Numbered from the stretch's first letter, positions 19,620 through 27,583 are shown. The stretch is 32,000 nucleotides of DNA from Vibrio alginolyticus NBRC 15630 = ATCC 17749 (GCF_000354175.2 NC_022359.1:1260001-1292000), one strand, 5' to 3'. The notes: a model not told the origin generated them from the letters alone. Made by a program: numbers and translations.

Positions 19620-19920
19620 ATTGACTCCTTAATTTGTAATCGCATAAAAAATCCTTGGTTATTAACTCAAAAATGAAATTGTTGTTTTTATTAAGAGCCT
19701 CAATGACTTCGGTTTCAAAACCATTGAGGCTTGCGGTGTTCCCGAACCGCGTACTCAGAATAGGGAGAACGGTTAGTAAGGTAAAATTGATAATATTTAG
19801 AAACCTCATCAAATTAATTGATAACTTTACGAGGCCAGGTAAAATGAACTCTATTGCTTATTGGGGCATGCTTTAACAATTGTGGGGATTGGGAAATACC
19901 CACTAATAATGGAGGACACT

Positions 19921-20826
19921 TTGCGCTACTCACTTAAGCAATTAGCGGTTTTCGACGCAGTTGCAGATACCGGCAGTGTAAGCCAAGCCGCAGAAAAATT
20001 GGCTTTGACACAATCAGCAACGAGTATGTCGCTTGCGCAATTAGAGAAGATGCTTGGCAGGCCGTTGTTTGAGAGGCAAGGCAAGCAAATGGCGTTAACC
20101 CATTGGGGGATGTGGTTACGACCAAAAGCAAAACGCTTGCTACAAGACGCATTGCAGATTGAAATGGGCTTCTATGAGCAACATTTATTGAGTGGTGAGA
20201 TTCGTATGGGAGCGAGTCAAACCCCAGCAGAGCACTTAGTTCCCGACCTTATCAGTATCATTGATAATGACTTTCCAGAAATGCGTATTTCTCTCGGTGT
20301 ACAAAGTACGAAAGGAGTGATTGATGGGGTATTAGATTACAAGTATGACTTAGGGATTATTGAAGGGCGCTGTGATGATAACCGTTTACACCAAGAAGTA
20401 TGGTGTCGTGATCATCTTACTGTTGTCGCAGCTTCTCATCATCCTTTTGCGCGTAATCAGTCTGTTAGCCTTGCGCAGTTAGAGCAAGCGAAGTGGGTAC
20501 TAAGAGAACATGGCTCTGGCACACGAAAAACATTTGATAGTTCTATTCACCACCTTATTGAAGATTTGGATGTGTGGCGCGAGTACGAACACGTTCCGGT
20601 GTTACGTAGTTTAGTTGCTAATGGCCAGTACCTTACTTGCTTACCGTATTTAGATGTAGAGCGATATATAGAAGCAGGTCACCTTGTGGCATTAAATGTA
20701 CCTGAGTTAAAAATGGAAAGGACGCTTTCATTTATATGGCGTTCAGATATGGCAGAAAACCCATTAGTCGACTGCATTAAAAGAGAGGGACTGCGAATGA
20801 TGAAAGGGAAGCCTTCAGTTCTTTAA
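19921..20826 (+). CDS. LysR-family transcriptional regulator, divergent from the FNT-CBS gene
   Basis: The N-terminal wHTH is LKQLAVFDAVADTGSVSQAAEKLALTQSATSMSLAQLE. I favour TTG 19921 (GGAGG at 19911-19915, 5-nt spacer), which gives an N-terminus of typical LysR length. ATG 19909 lacks an SD. The TTG 19861 start in the ORF track is unlikely. Confidence 0.85.
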   Translation: MRYSLKQLAVFDAVADTGSVSQAAEKLALTQSATSMSLAQLEKMLGRPLFERQGKQMALTHWGMWLRPKAKRLLQDALQIEMGFYEQHLLSGEIRMGASQTPAEHLVPDLISIIDNDFPEMRISLGVQSTKGVIDGVLDYKYDLGIIEGRCDDNRLHQEVWCRDHLTVVAASHHPFARNQSVSLAQLEQAKWVLREHGSGTRKTFDSSIHHLIEDLDVWREYEHVPVLRSLVANGQYLTCLPYLDVERYIEAGHLVALNVPELKMERTLSFIWRSDMAENPLVDCIKREGLRMMKGKPSVL

Positions 20827-20934
20827 AGGTTGATTAAATATGCCTACGAGATGAGTTGGTTTATTCCCTGAATCTGTTGATTTATCGGTTGCGTCAAACT
20901 TTTAATGTAAATTGTGAAAACAATAATATCTTAT

Positions 20935-20950
20935 TGTGATCAATATCACC
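20935..20950. promoter_or_regulatory. Candidate CRP-binding site upstream of the ycdZ-like gene
   Basis: TGTGA-TCAATA-TCACC fits the TGTGA-N6-TCACA consensus at 9 of 10 core positions. It lies about 105 bp upstream of the start. Confidence 0.35.
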
Positions 20951-21053
20951 GATAAGCTGAGCTGATGTATCTAACATGTGTCCTTGATTTCAATGTATGA
21001 AGGCAGTTATTGAACCATATAGGTACGATAATAGCCGAGTAGGTATGACTACC

Positions 21054-21536
21054 ATGACGACACTTTTAGCTATTTCTATCACTACTGGAATTTTATCTGG
21101 CGTATGGGGTTGGATCGCCATCTCTTTAGGTTTGCTTTCTTGGGCTGGTTTTTTAGGTTGCACGAGCTACTTTGCAGCGCCAACGAGCGGATTGAAAGGA
21201 CTAGGCATCAGCTTAATCACCAATATGACAGGCGTATTCTGGGCAATGGTAATTATTCACGGTTCCACTTACGTGGGGTTGGAAATTATTGGCTATGTGA
21301 TTACCGCTATTGTGGCATTCTTCATGTGTATTCAAGCTAAACAGGCTTGGCTCGCGTACATCCCTGGTACTTTTATTGGTTCATGCGCAACATTTGCGGC
21401 TGACGGAAACTGGCAACTTGTCATTCCATCGTTGTTGCTAGGTGGTGTGTTTGGCTATCTAATGAAAGCGACAGGGCTATGGTTGCATACGAAATCAACC
21501 GCTACTTCTTCTTCGCTTGCTGAACAAGCACAGTAG
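21054..21536 (+). CDS. ycdZ: DUF1097 inner-membrane protein (YcdZ-like)
   Basis: MTTLLAISITTGILSGVWGWIAISLGLLSWAGFLGCTSYFA is nearly collinear with E. coli YcdZ. The start is chosen by homology. ATG 21045 and ATG 20997 are upstream in-frame alternatives. Confidence 0.85.
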   Translation: MTTLLAISITTGILSGVWGWIAISLGLLSWAGFLGCTSYFAAPTSGLKGLGISLITNMTGVFWAMVIIHGSTYVGLEIIGYVITAIVAFFMCIQAKQAWLAYIPGTFIGSCATFAADGNWQLVIPSLLLGGVFGYLMKATGLWLHTKSTATSSSLAEQAQ

Positions 21537-21621
21537 TGAACCCCCGATCTTATTGGTATCCACTGTGTATTGAGTTTTATCCCTCTCAATACCCTTAATC
21601 AAAATTAATGATGTTTGATAC

Positions 21622-21649
21622 AAGCACACCAAATTGGTGTGCTTTTTTT
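21622..21649 (+). terminator. Rho-independent terminator after ycdZ, probably shared with the convergent ybjD
   Basis: Stem GCACACC (21624-21630) pairs with GGTGTGC (21636-21642) and is followed by T7. A second 8-bp hairpin (GTATTGAG / CTCAATAC) lies at 21567-21592. Confidence 0.8.
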
Positions 21650-21689
21650 GTATTACAAGACAATACGCTGAGTGTAAAATACGCCTAAC

Positions 21690-23324
21690 TCATGTATTGC
21701 CGTTGGCCATGGTAACAACGCGTTTAAGTGTCCAGCGCAGAAGAACAGGAATACACTCCATGCCTTTCTCTTCACAATGAGAAACAATAGCCAAAGCTAA
21801 GTCCGGTTTTGCATGTTTTTTCAAAACACGATTTACGACTTTTTTAGCAGGGATAGGGTGGTCATGAGGAACTTTGATGATGTCCTTAAAGAAAAGTTCA
21901 AACCCATTGTTGTACAGAAAGTGCTCGATGTCTCGGTCGGGTAATTCCGTAAGTCGATGCCTTTCCTGATCATGGTCGAGCTGTGCTCGTACTGCATGCG
22001 CGTACTTTTTCCCTGCTGGGTCGCCATCGGTAACGACATGCCAATCAATACCAAACTCTTTTGCTACTTTGATGAGTGATTTTAGACCTGATTGAGCAAA
22101 CTCAACGATTTGAACCCCTTCGGCAGCCAAGTCATACCCGCATTGACGAGCCAGTTCATGAAAAAGCCAAACTTCGGTTTCGCCCTCAACAAGTAACCAG
22201 CACCGCGCAAATAATGCGCCTGAACGATGAAAACGAATATGGAAACCAATTCGGCGCAACTCATCTCGACCAAACTTTGTTGAGTTTAAACTCTTAGCGA
22301 TGGTTCTGTCTGATAGCCGAATTAAACGTCGAATTGAATACAGTGGAACAGAACCGAGTAACGTGCCACTGTTGGTGGTTAATATCTTTTGCATTGGCAA
22401 CAATTGCAATAAGGACCACGCTCTCGCTAGATGAGTTGGATGCAGTCGACCTTCTGGATCTTCAATGATCAGTATTGGTCTCGCACAGCGCCTTAAATCG
22501 GTGGGACCCTTAGCTTGAAGATAGGCATTGAGTAACCCCATTAAAAGCAAGCGGCTTTGTTTGTCATTGGTTTCTTTCAAGAACTGACTCAAGCCTTTAT
22601 CAGAGGAAGGGCTTGTATAGAAAAGACCATCACGAGGTTTGCGTGGGTTGCCTTTACTGACACTTCTGAACGCGAAATAGTGTTCAACAAGCGTTTGCAT
22701 TGAGTCGAGGCTACTACGAATCTCACCTTTATTCACATGGCCAGGCATAGCCAATAAGCGTCGACAGGTGTTGTTGATTCGTTTTTCAATCCGAGCATTT
22801 TTACCATCGCCGTTGACATGGTTTAAATCTGGGAAGCGTCGGGAGTCACGTAGTCGGATTACAGGATGAAGTGTCATTAACTCAATAGCGAGTTTCTCTG
22901 AGTGGTGAAGTTTTTTGGGTTTGCCGTTATGATCCAAAAACGCGTACTTTGTATTAATGCCGTGCTCATCGCGAGACGCACTAATACGATAGTAAATGAC
23001 TTGCTCACCATCTTCGTTGGTGCACCATGTAGGCTTTATGCGTCTGTAGCGTCCCGCTTTTACTTCGTTTTTATCCTGTGCTTTAAAACAAACAATGATC
23101 TGTAAGTGTTGTGTTTGTGGATGAGAAATTGAGTAGTCAACGTGAAAATCTTTCAGTTTGAATTGATACAATGAGCCATTGGCAGGTAGTGCGATGGAAA
23201 GGGCATCGAGCAATGATGATTTGCCCCACGTGTTTTCACCGATGAGCGTGGTGAGTTCGTCAAAAGAGAGTGAAAGGCGTTTGATGCCTCTAAACCCGGA
23301 GATTTCGATGCGTTCTAGTCTCAT
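21690..23324 (-). CDS. ybjD: OLD-family ATP-dependent endonuclease, YbjD subgroup (ABC-type ATPase plus TOPRIM)
   Basis: The product is collinear with E. coli YbjD from MRLERIEISGFRGIKRLSL..LIGENTWGKSSLLDAL (Walker A region) through IEDPEGRLHP to the TOPRIM segment CWLLVEGETEVW....DGD.AGKKY. AAGGAGG lies 6 nt before the ATG. Confidence 0.88.
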   Translation of the reverse strand: MRLERIEISGFRGIKRLSLSFDELTTLIGENTWGKSSLLDALSIALPANGSLYQFKLKDFHVDYSISHPQTQHLQIIVCFKAQDKNEVKAGRYRRIKPTWCTNEDGEQVIYYRISASRDEHGINTKYAFLDHNGKPKKLHHSEKLAIELMTLHPVIRLRDSRRFPDLNHVNGDGKNARIEKRINNTCRRLLAMPGHVNKGEIRSSLDSMQTLVEHYFAFRSVSKGNPRKPRDGLFYTSPSSDKGLSQFLKETNDKQSRLLLMGLLNAYLQAKGPTDLRRCARPILIIEDPEGRLHPTHLARAWSLLQLLPMQKILTTNSGTLLGSVPLYSIRRLIRLSDRTIAKSLNSTKFGRDELRRIGFHIRFHRSGALFARCWLLVEGETEVWLFHELARQCGYDLAAEGVQIVEFAQSGLKSLIKVAKEFGIDWHVVTDGDPAGKKYAHAVRAQLDHDQERHRLTELPDRDIEHFLYNNGFELFFKDIIKVPHDHPIPAKKVVNRVLKKHAKPDLALAIVSHCEEKGMECIPVLLRWTLKRVVTMANGNT

Positions 23325-23577
23325 CTCAATCCTCCTTGCAATTATTTGAATTATCGAGAGTTATTTTGCTACTCCTAAGCATATATGAATTCGGAATTTT
23401 TGAGTTAAGCTCAGTTCACAAAATTACGAGAGCCTCTTACTGAATAGAGACCGTTACAAGCGAGGCTTGCTTTCAAAGCCGGGGGACAGCATCGTGATCA
23501 CTTAAACATGAAATCCTAAATCGCAGTTTCATAAAATTCATGATTCTGTCATGATTCACTTCTTATTATTATAAGGA

Positions 23578-25335
23578 ATGAAAAAAGAGAAGATGAAGAT
23601 GAATAACAATCATAAGCCAGTGAGAATCAAACTGGCACACATCAATGACACACATTCCTACTTTGAACCAACGTCATTACAGTTAAAGCTTAAGATAAAC
23701 AATGAACTCACGCTAGAACCCTATGTCAGTGCTGGCGGCTTTTCTCGTATCGCAACCAGAGTCGAGCAGTTAAGAGATGATGCTCAGCGCCAAGGTCATG
23801 GGATGTTGTTCCTCCATGCCGGAGATTGCTTCCAAGGTACGCTGTATTTCTCACTATTTAAAGGCAAAGCCAATGCCGACTTATTGAACGCATTAAAGAT
23901 TGATGCAATGGCGTTAGGTAACCATGAATTAGATATGGGGAATGAGCCAGTTGCATTGTTTTGCCAACGTACTCAGTTCCCATTGCTTGCTGGCAACTGG
24001 GATTTATCCAATGAATCACTTAAAAAACCTCACCTTATCAGTGATTGTAAGGATGTATATAGTTACCAACCGGATACACAGAGCGCTCAATACATTGTTA
24101 AAGAATTCCATGGTGAGCGGGTCGCGATTTTCGGATTATCCATAGATAAAATGAGCGACATCGCAAACCCTGATGCAGACACGCCTTTTCACTCAGCAAT
24201 TGAAACCGCCAAGGCGACCGTAAAACAAATCCATTCATCAGGTATAAAAAATATTATTCTTCTGAGCCACTTAGGTTATGAAGGTGATTTAGAGTTAGCT
24301 GAGCAAGTCGCAGGTATTGGTATAATTGTTGGTGGACACAGCCACCGGTTGCAAGGTGATTTTTCATCAATAGGGTTAGGACAAGACGATCCCTACGGTA
24401 TCAAAATTAATGATACCTATGTGGTGCAAGCGGGTTTCCATGCTTTGACAATGGGGCACTGCGTCATTGAGTTTGATGAACACGGTAAAGCAACGATGTT
24501 GAGTGGACAAAATGAACTGTTGCTTGGTCGACGTATTTTTTGGGACTCGACGCTAAACCAACAGCTCGACCAAGGTGTATTCGAAACCGCGTGCGACTTC
24601 ATCCATGGTCAACCGAATGTCGTGGTTTGTAAGAAACACCCGGAAACTCAAGCGATCCTGAGCGATAAATATATTCCTCAGGTCAGGCAGTTACAGTCAC
24701 AAGTCATTGCTAGTGTTGACACCAAAAAGCGTCATGTGAGAATTCCCGATGAATTTGGTGAGAGTGAGTTGGCTTCCTCCGTTGCCCGATCATTTCTGCA
24801 CTGTTTAAACAAACGTGGATATGACGTTCAATTTGCAATTCATAATGCGGGTGGCGTGCGAACCTCTTTGAACCCTGGCAACATCACAGTGGCAGACATT
24901 GCCGGACGGCTGTTGCCTTTTGCCGTTCCTATCGGCTTTTACGATGTAAAAGGCAACGCTATTCGCCGTGCACTTGAAGGCGCGATAAATAATGCACTCA
25001 ACAATGGCGTAGAAGGCACTGGATCTGGCAGTTATCCGTACACTTACAATTTAAACTTCGAGTACCACGCAGATGCCCCAAAAGGTGAAAGAGTTCAATC
25101 ATTAGTGATTTTTGATGGTAAACAATGGGTAGGTGTTCAAGATGATGTTTGGTATCGAGGGACTTCTTCTGCCTATACGATGAAAGGGAAAGAGGGGTAC
25201 GACGCATTGCAGGAGATGAAAGGAGAAGGGCGTGTGACCAGTTTGTCCATGGCTGATTGTTTTATTGAACTCCTGACCGATGAGCCAAACTGTTTGAATC
25301 AAAGTCACAAACTTTACACAAAGCGACGTCGATAA
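23578..25335 (+). CDS. UshA/5'-nucleotidase-family bifunctional metallophosphatase without a signal peptide
   Basis: Calcineurin-like motifs are present: HINDTHS, GDCFQG, GNHELD and GGHSH. A C-terminal 5'-nucleotidase substrate-binding domain follows. The N-terminus is hydrophilic (MKKEKMKMNNNHKP), so no export signal is seen. The start is uncertain (ATG 23578, 23593 or 23599). Confidence 0.8.
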   Translation: MKKEKMKMNNNHKPVRIKLAHINDTHSYFEPTSLQLKLKINNELTLEPYVSAGGFSRIATRVEQLRDDAQRQGHGMLFLHAGDCFQGTLYFSLFKGKANADLLNALKIDAMALGNHELDMGNEPVALFCQRTQFPLLAGNWDLSNESLKKPHLISDCKDVYSYQPDTQSAQYIVKEFHGERVAIFGLSIDKMSDIANPDADTPFHSAIETAKATVKQIHSSGIKNIILLSHLGYEGDLELAEQVAGIGIIVGGHSHRLQGDFSSIGLGQDDPYGIKINDTYVVQAGFHALTMGHCVIEFDEHGKATMLSGQNELLLGRRIFWDSTLNQQLDQGVFETACDFIHGQPNVVVCKKHPETQAILSDKYIPQVRQLQSQVIASVDTKKRHVRIPDEFGESELASSVARSFLHCLNKRGYDVQFAIHNAGGVRTSLNPGNITVADIAGRLLPFAVPIGFYDVKGNAIRRALEGAINNALNNGVEGTGSGSYPYTYNLNFEYHADAPKGERVQSLVIFDGKQWVGVQDDVWYRGTSSAYTMKGKEGYDALQEMKGEGRVTSLSMADCFIELLTDEPNCLNQSHKLYTKRRR

Positions 25336-25396
25336 TAGATATTGGTATTGATTTTGCTGCTCTCCACTTACTACATGGGTTGATGAGGATGGCAGT

Positions 25397-25492
25397 ATGT
25401 GGAATAAAGATTGGGCAGATACGGCAGTCGTGGTTGCCTGGATCGCAATTTGGTCAACACTGGTCTACTTTGTGCCTCTAAGCGGCTTTTGA
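25397..25492 (+). CDS. Unannotated small hydrophobic peptide, 31 aa (MWNKDWADTAVVVAWIAIWSTLVYFVPLSGF)
   Basis: The ORF is below the ORF-track size cut-off. A GAGGA SD lies about 7 nt upstream of ATG 25397. The product has a single predicted TM helix. A strong terminator follows 24 nt after the stop. Confidence 0.45.
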   Translation: MWNKDWADTAVVVAWIAIWSTLVYFVPLSGF

Positions 25493-25515
25493 ATTGCTAA
25501 GAATGTGGATGCTAC

Positions 25516-25542
25516 AAAAGGGAGCAGTAATGCTCCTTTTTT
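25516..25542 (+). terminator. Rho-independent terminator after the small ORF and nucleotidase unit
   Basis: GGAGCA (25521-25526), loop GTAA and TGCTCC (25531-25536) are followed by T6. An A-run upstream makes it potentially bidirectional. Confidence 0.8.
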
Positions 25543-25710
25543 GTATCTATCTTCCCCGTTAGGCCTCTAACCAATGAAGAGTTTGTCTTGATCCATTTGC
25601 TGCTTTTTGTCTGTTTACTAAAGTTCAGGTGGTTGAATCCATTTCTTTCTTTTTATAGTGCTTCCTGATTTTTGATAAGAATTTTATTTCGATAAGACAA
25701 GGCTTTTTTG

Positions 25711-25739
25711 TTGGAAAGCCTGACGCTCGGCGTTATTAT
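25711..25739 (+). promoter_or_regulatory. Candidate sigma70 promoter driving riboswitch-alx
   Basis: TTGGAA (25711-25716), a 17-nt spacer and TATTAT (25734-25739) place the transcription start about 25746, at the 5' edge of riboswitch stem P1. Confidence 0.5.
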
Positions 25740-25743
25740 GTCG

Positions 25744-25860
25744 GCGTTTGGGGAGTAGTTAGCGCAAGTTTACTTATCGTCATCTCGTTAAGCATCAGCT
25801 TATCCGGTAAGTAAAGGTGTTACGTGGTTTATTCACATCAACACTTCAACGAGACCAACG
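25744..25860 (+). promoter_or_regulatory. yybP-ykoY (Mn2+) riboswitch aptamer
   Basis: Both hallmark conserved strands are present: GGGGAGTAG (25750-25758) and CAACGAGACC (25847-25856). A TTCACATCA segment stands in place of the UUGACAUA consensus. Closing stem P1 pairs CGTTTGG with CCAACG. It lies immediately upstream of a TerC/Alx gene, the classic context. Confidence 0.75.
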
Positions 25861-25957
25861 CATTCATTGACTAGCAGCACATAATCGTTATGTGGCTGTT
25901 GGTTGTTATTGTATGCGGAAGGTCACCAAACGAAGTCCTTCCGCCATGGGAGGAAAT

Positions 25958-26977
25958 ATGTCTCTTATCGAAAGTACCACCCAATTGAGCCAATCGGTGC
26001 CTCTTCAAGAATCATTAGCGATGTATGGTGCTTTTGGTTTATTTACCCTTGTTCTTGTTACGCTTGATATCTATCAAACACGTGGTGGCGTTATCACGAT
26101 GAAAAAAGCCATCGTTTGGAGTGTTTTTTGGTTCTTGCTTGCCTTTGTTTTTGCAGGTTCTATTTATTTATTCTGGGACTTTTACGCGCCACATAGCGCT
26201 TATACGAACGACAAAGCAACGATTTCATTCTTAACTGGTTACTTACTAGAGAAGTCGTTAAGCGTTGATAACTTGTTTGTGTTTGCCATCATCTTTGCAC
26301 AATACAGTGTGCCGGAGCATTTGCGTCCGAGAGCATTGCTTTGGGGGGTGATAGGTGCGCTAGTTTTACGCGCTGTCATGATTGCGGTTGGTGCTCAGTT
26401 ACTTGCACAGTATCACTGGGTATTGTACTTATTTGCTGCTTTCCTTATTTGGACAGGTGTTAAGCTAGCTCGCGACAAAGGTGAAGCACAAGAGGTTAAT
26501 CCATATCCGGAGCAGTTGATTCGAAAGGTATTGCCAGTTACAGATGACTACCAAGGAAATCACTTAATCTTAAAGCAAGCTGGTAAGTGGGTGGCAACAC
26601 CGATGCTGATCGTTGTTGGTGTCATTGCAGTAATGGACGTTATGTTTGCGTTGGATTCTATACCAGCTATATTCGCGGTAACGCGAGAGCCATTTTTAGT
26701 CTTAGCCGCGAACGTATTTGCATTATTGGGTTTGCGATCGCTGTACTTTGTTCTTCAAGCAATGTTAGACAAGTTTGTATACTTAAAACCAGCATTATCA
26801 GTAATCATGATGTTTATCGGGGTAAAAATGCTATTGGTTGGAACAGAATATGAGATTCCGACAGCATGGTCTCTCACATTTTTAGTTGTTGTGATGACAT
26901 CGGCAGTGGTGGCATCACTCCTAAAAAATAAAGCGAAGCGTCAAACTAGCGTTAATATTACTAATCAAAAAATATAA
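25958..26977 (+). CDS. alx: TerC-family membrane protein (Alx-like, putative Mn2+ exporter)
   Basis: FLTGYLLEKSLSVDNLFVF, DSIPAIFAVT and ALLGLRSLYF match TerC/Alx. The start is taken at ATG 25958 (GGGAGG at 25948-25953). The GTG 25892 extension in the ORF track overlaps the riboswitch expression platform. Confidence 0.9.
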   Translation: MSLIESTTQLSQSVPLQESLAMYGAFGLFTLVLVTLDIYQTRGGVITMKKAIVWSVFWFLLAFVFAGSIYLFWDFYAPHSAYTNDKATISFLTGYLLEKSLSVDNLFVFAIIFAQYSVPEHLRPRALLWGVIGALVLRAVMIAVGAQLLAQYHWVLYLFAAFLIWTGVKLARDKGEAQEVNPYPEQLIRKVLPVTDDYQGNHLILKQAGKWVATPMLIVVGVIAVMDVMFALDSIPAIFAVTREPFLVLAANVFALLGLRSLYFVLQAMLDKFVYLKPALSVIMMFIGVKMLLVGTEYEIPTAWSLTFLVVVMTSAVVASLLKNKAKRQTSVNITNQKI

Positions 26978-27256
26978 AGTAAGCACTAAAATCAAAAGAA
27001 GTAACGAAAAATATTGTTAAATATATGTTGTTGCTTAAGGGGCGATTATGCAGGTAATGTTCAGTTATTCAATGTAATTACAGCAATTGTGATTATTTAT
27101 GCCGTTATTATTCATTTGTATTTTTGAGTTTTGTAATGAGTTTGTTTTATTAGAAATTCTAATTTGAATGGGTAAAATTTGTCATTTCTTAAACAATAAG
27201 AAACTGACTAATATACAACCAACTAAACAGACTACTGCTTTTAAAGAGAGGCAATC

Positions 27257-27448
27257 ATGGCACAAGCAATGCAAATGACAAATGTAGCTTTACCAACCTC
27301 TATGGATAAGAAAACCTACGCGGTTAACTTCAAAGGACTGATTGCTCACTTACTGGACATTCTATTTGTAGATAACACTGCGCCACGCAGTTACTACGCA
27401 GAAGACTTGTCAGCACATATTCAAAAAGACATCGGTATGTACCGTTAA
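27257..27448 (+). CDS. Small protein, 63 aa, with a possibly DUF1127-like C-terminus
   Basis: It has an AGAGAGG SD and its own strong terminator. The C-terminal LSAHIQKDIGMYR resembles the L..L.DIG..R end of DUF1127 proteins. This is a tentative, memory-based match. Confidence 0.55.
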   Translation: MAQAMQMTNVALPTSMDKKTYAVNFKGLIAHLLDILFVDNTAPRSYYAEDLSAHIQKDIGMYR

Positions 27449-27466
27449 TATTGAAATAGTGTAAGA

Positions 27467-27496
27467 AATACCGGCCTATGAGCCGGTATTTTTTTA
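27467..27496 (+). terminator. Rho-independent terminator of the 63-aa gene
   Basis: AATACCGGC (27467-27475) pairs with GCCGGTATT (27482-27490) and continues into a long T-run. Confidence 0.88.
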
Positions 27497-27583
27497 TTTG
27501 TAAAACATGCCTACTCAACCTACGCCCTAGAAAAGAAACACTCTAGAGGAGGTAGACATGATAGTAGATTAAGTGTTGTATAG

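Noticed and set aside
19561-19876. ORFs 19561-19812(-) and 19655-19876(+) in the FNT/LysR divergent region as real small proteins.
   Set aside because: Neither has an SD. The minus-strand ORF overlaps the transporter start in another frame. Both simply reflect an AT-rich regulatory spacer free of stops.
21690-25335. Defence island centred on the OLD-family nuclease (Gabija, PARIS or retron-like).
   Set aside because: The protein is collinear with the chromosomal E. coli YbjD rather than GajA or AriA. No partner gene (UvrD-like helicase, AriB, RT/msr-msd) is adjacent. No integrase, tRNA or repeat boundary marks an island, and the flanks are ordinary membrane and metabolic genes.
27546-27572. 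Perfect SD (GAGGAGG) followed by a 4-codon mini-ORF (ATG ATA GTA GAT TAA) between two terminators.
   Set aside because: It is too short to evaluate and has no downstream gene to regulate on that strand (phnA is convergent). It is probably a chance occurrence. It would only merit attention if ribosome profiling shows occupancy.
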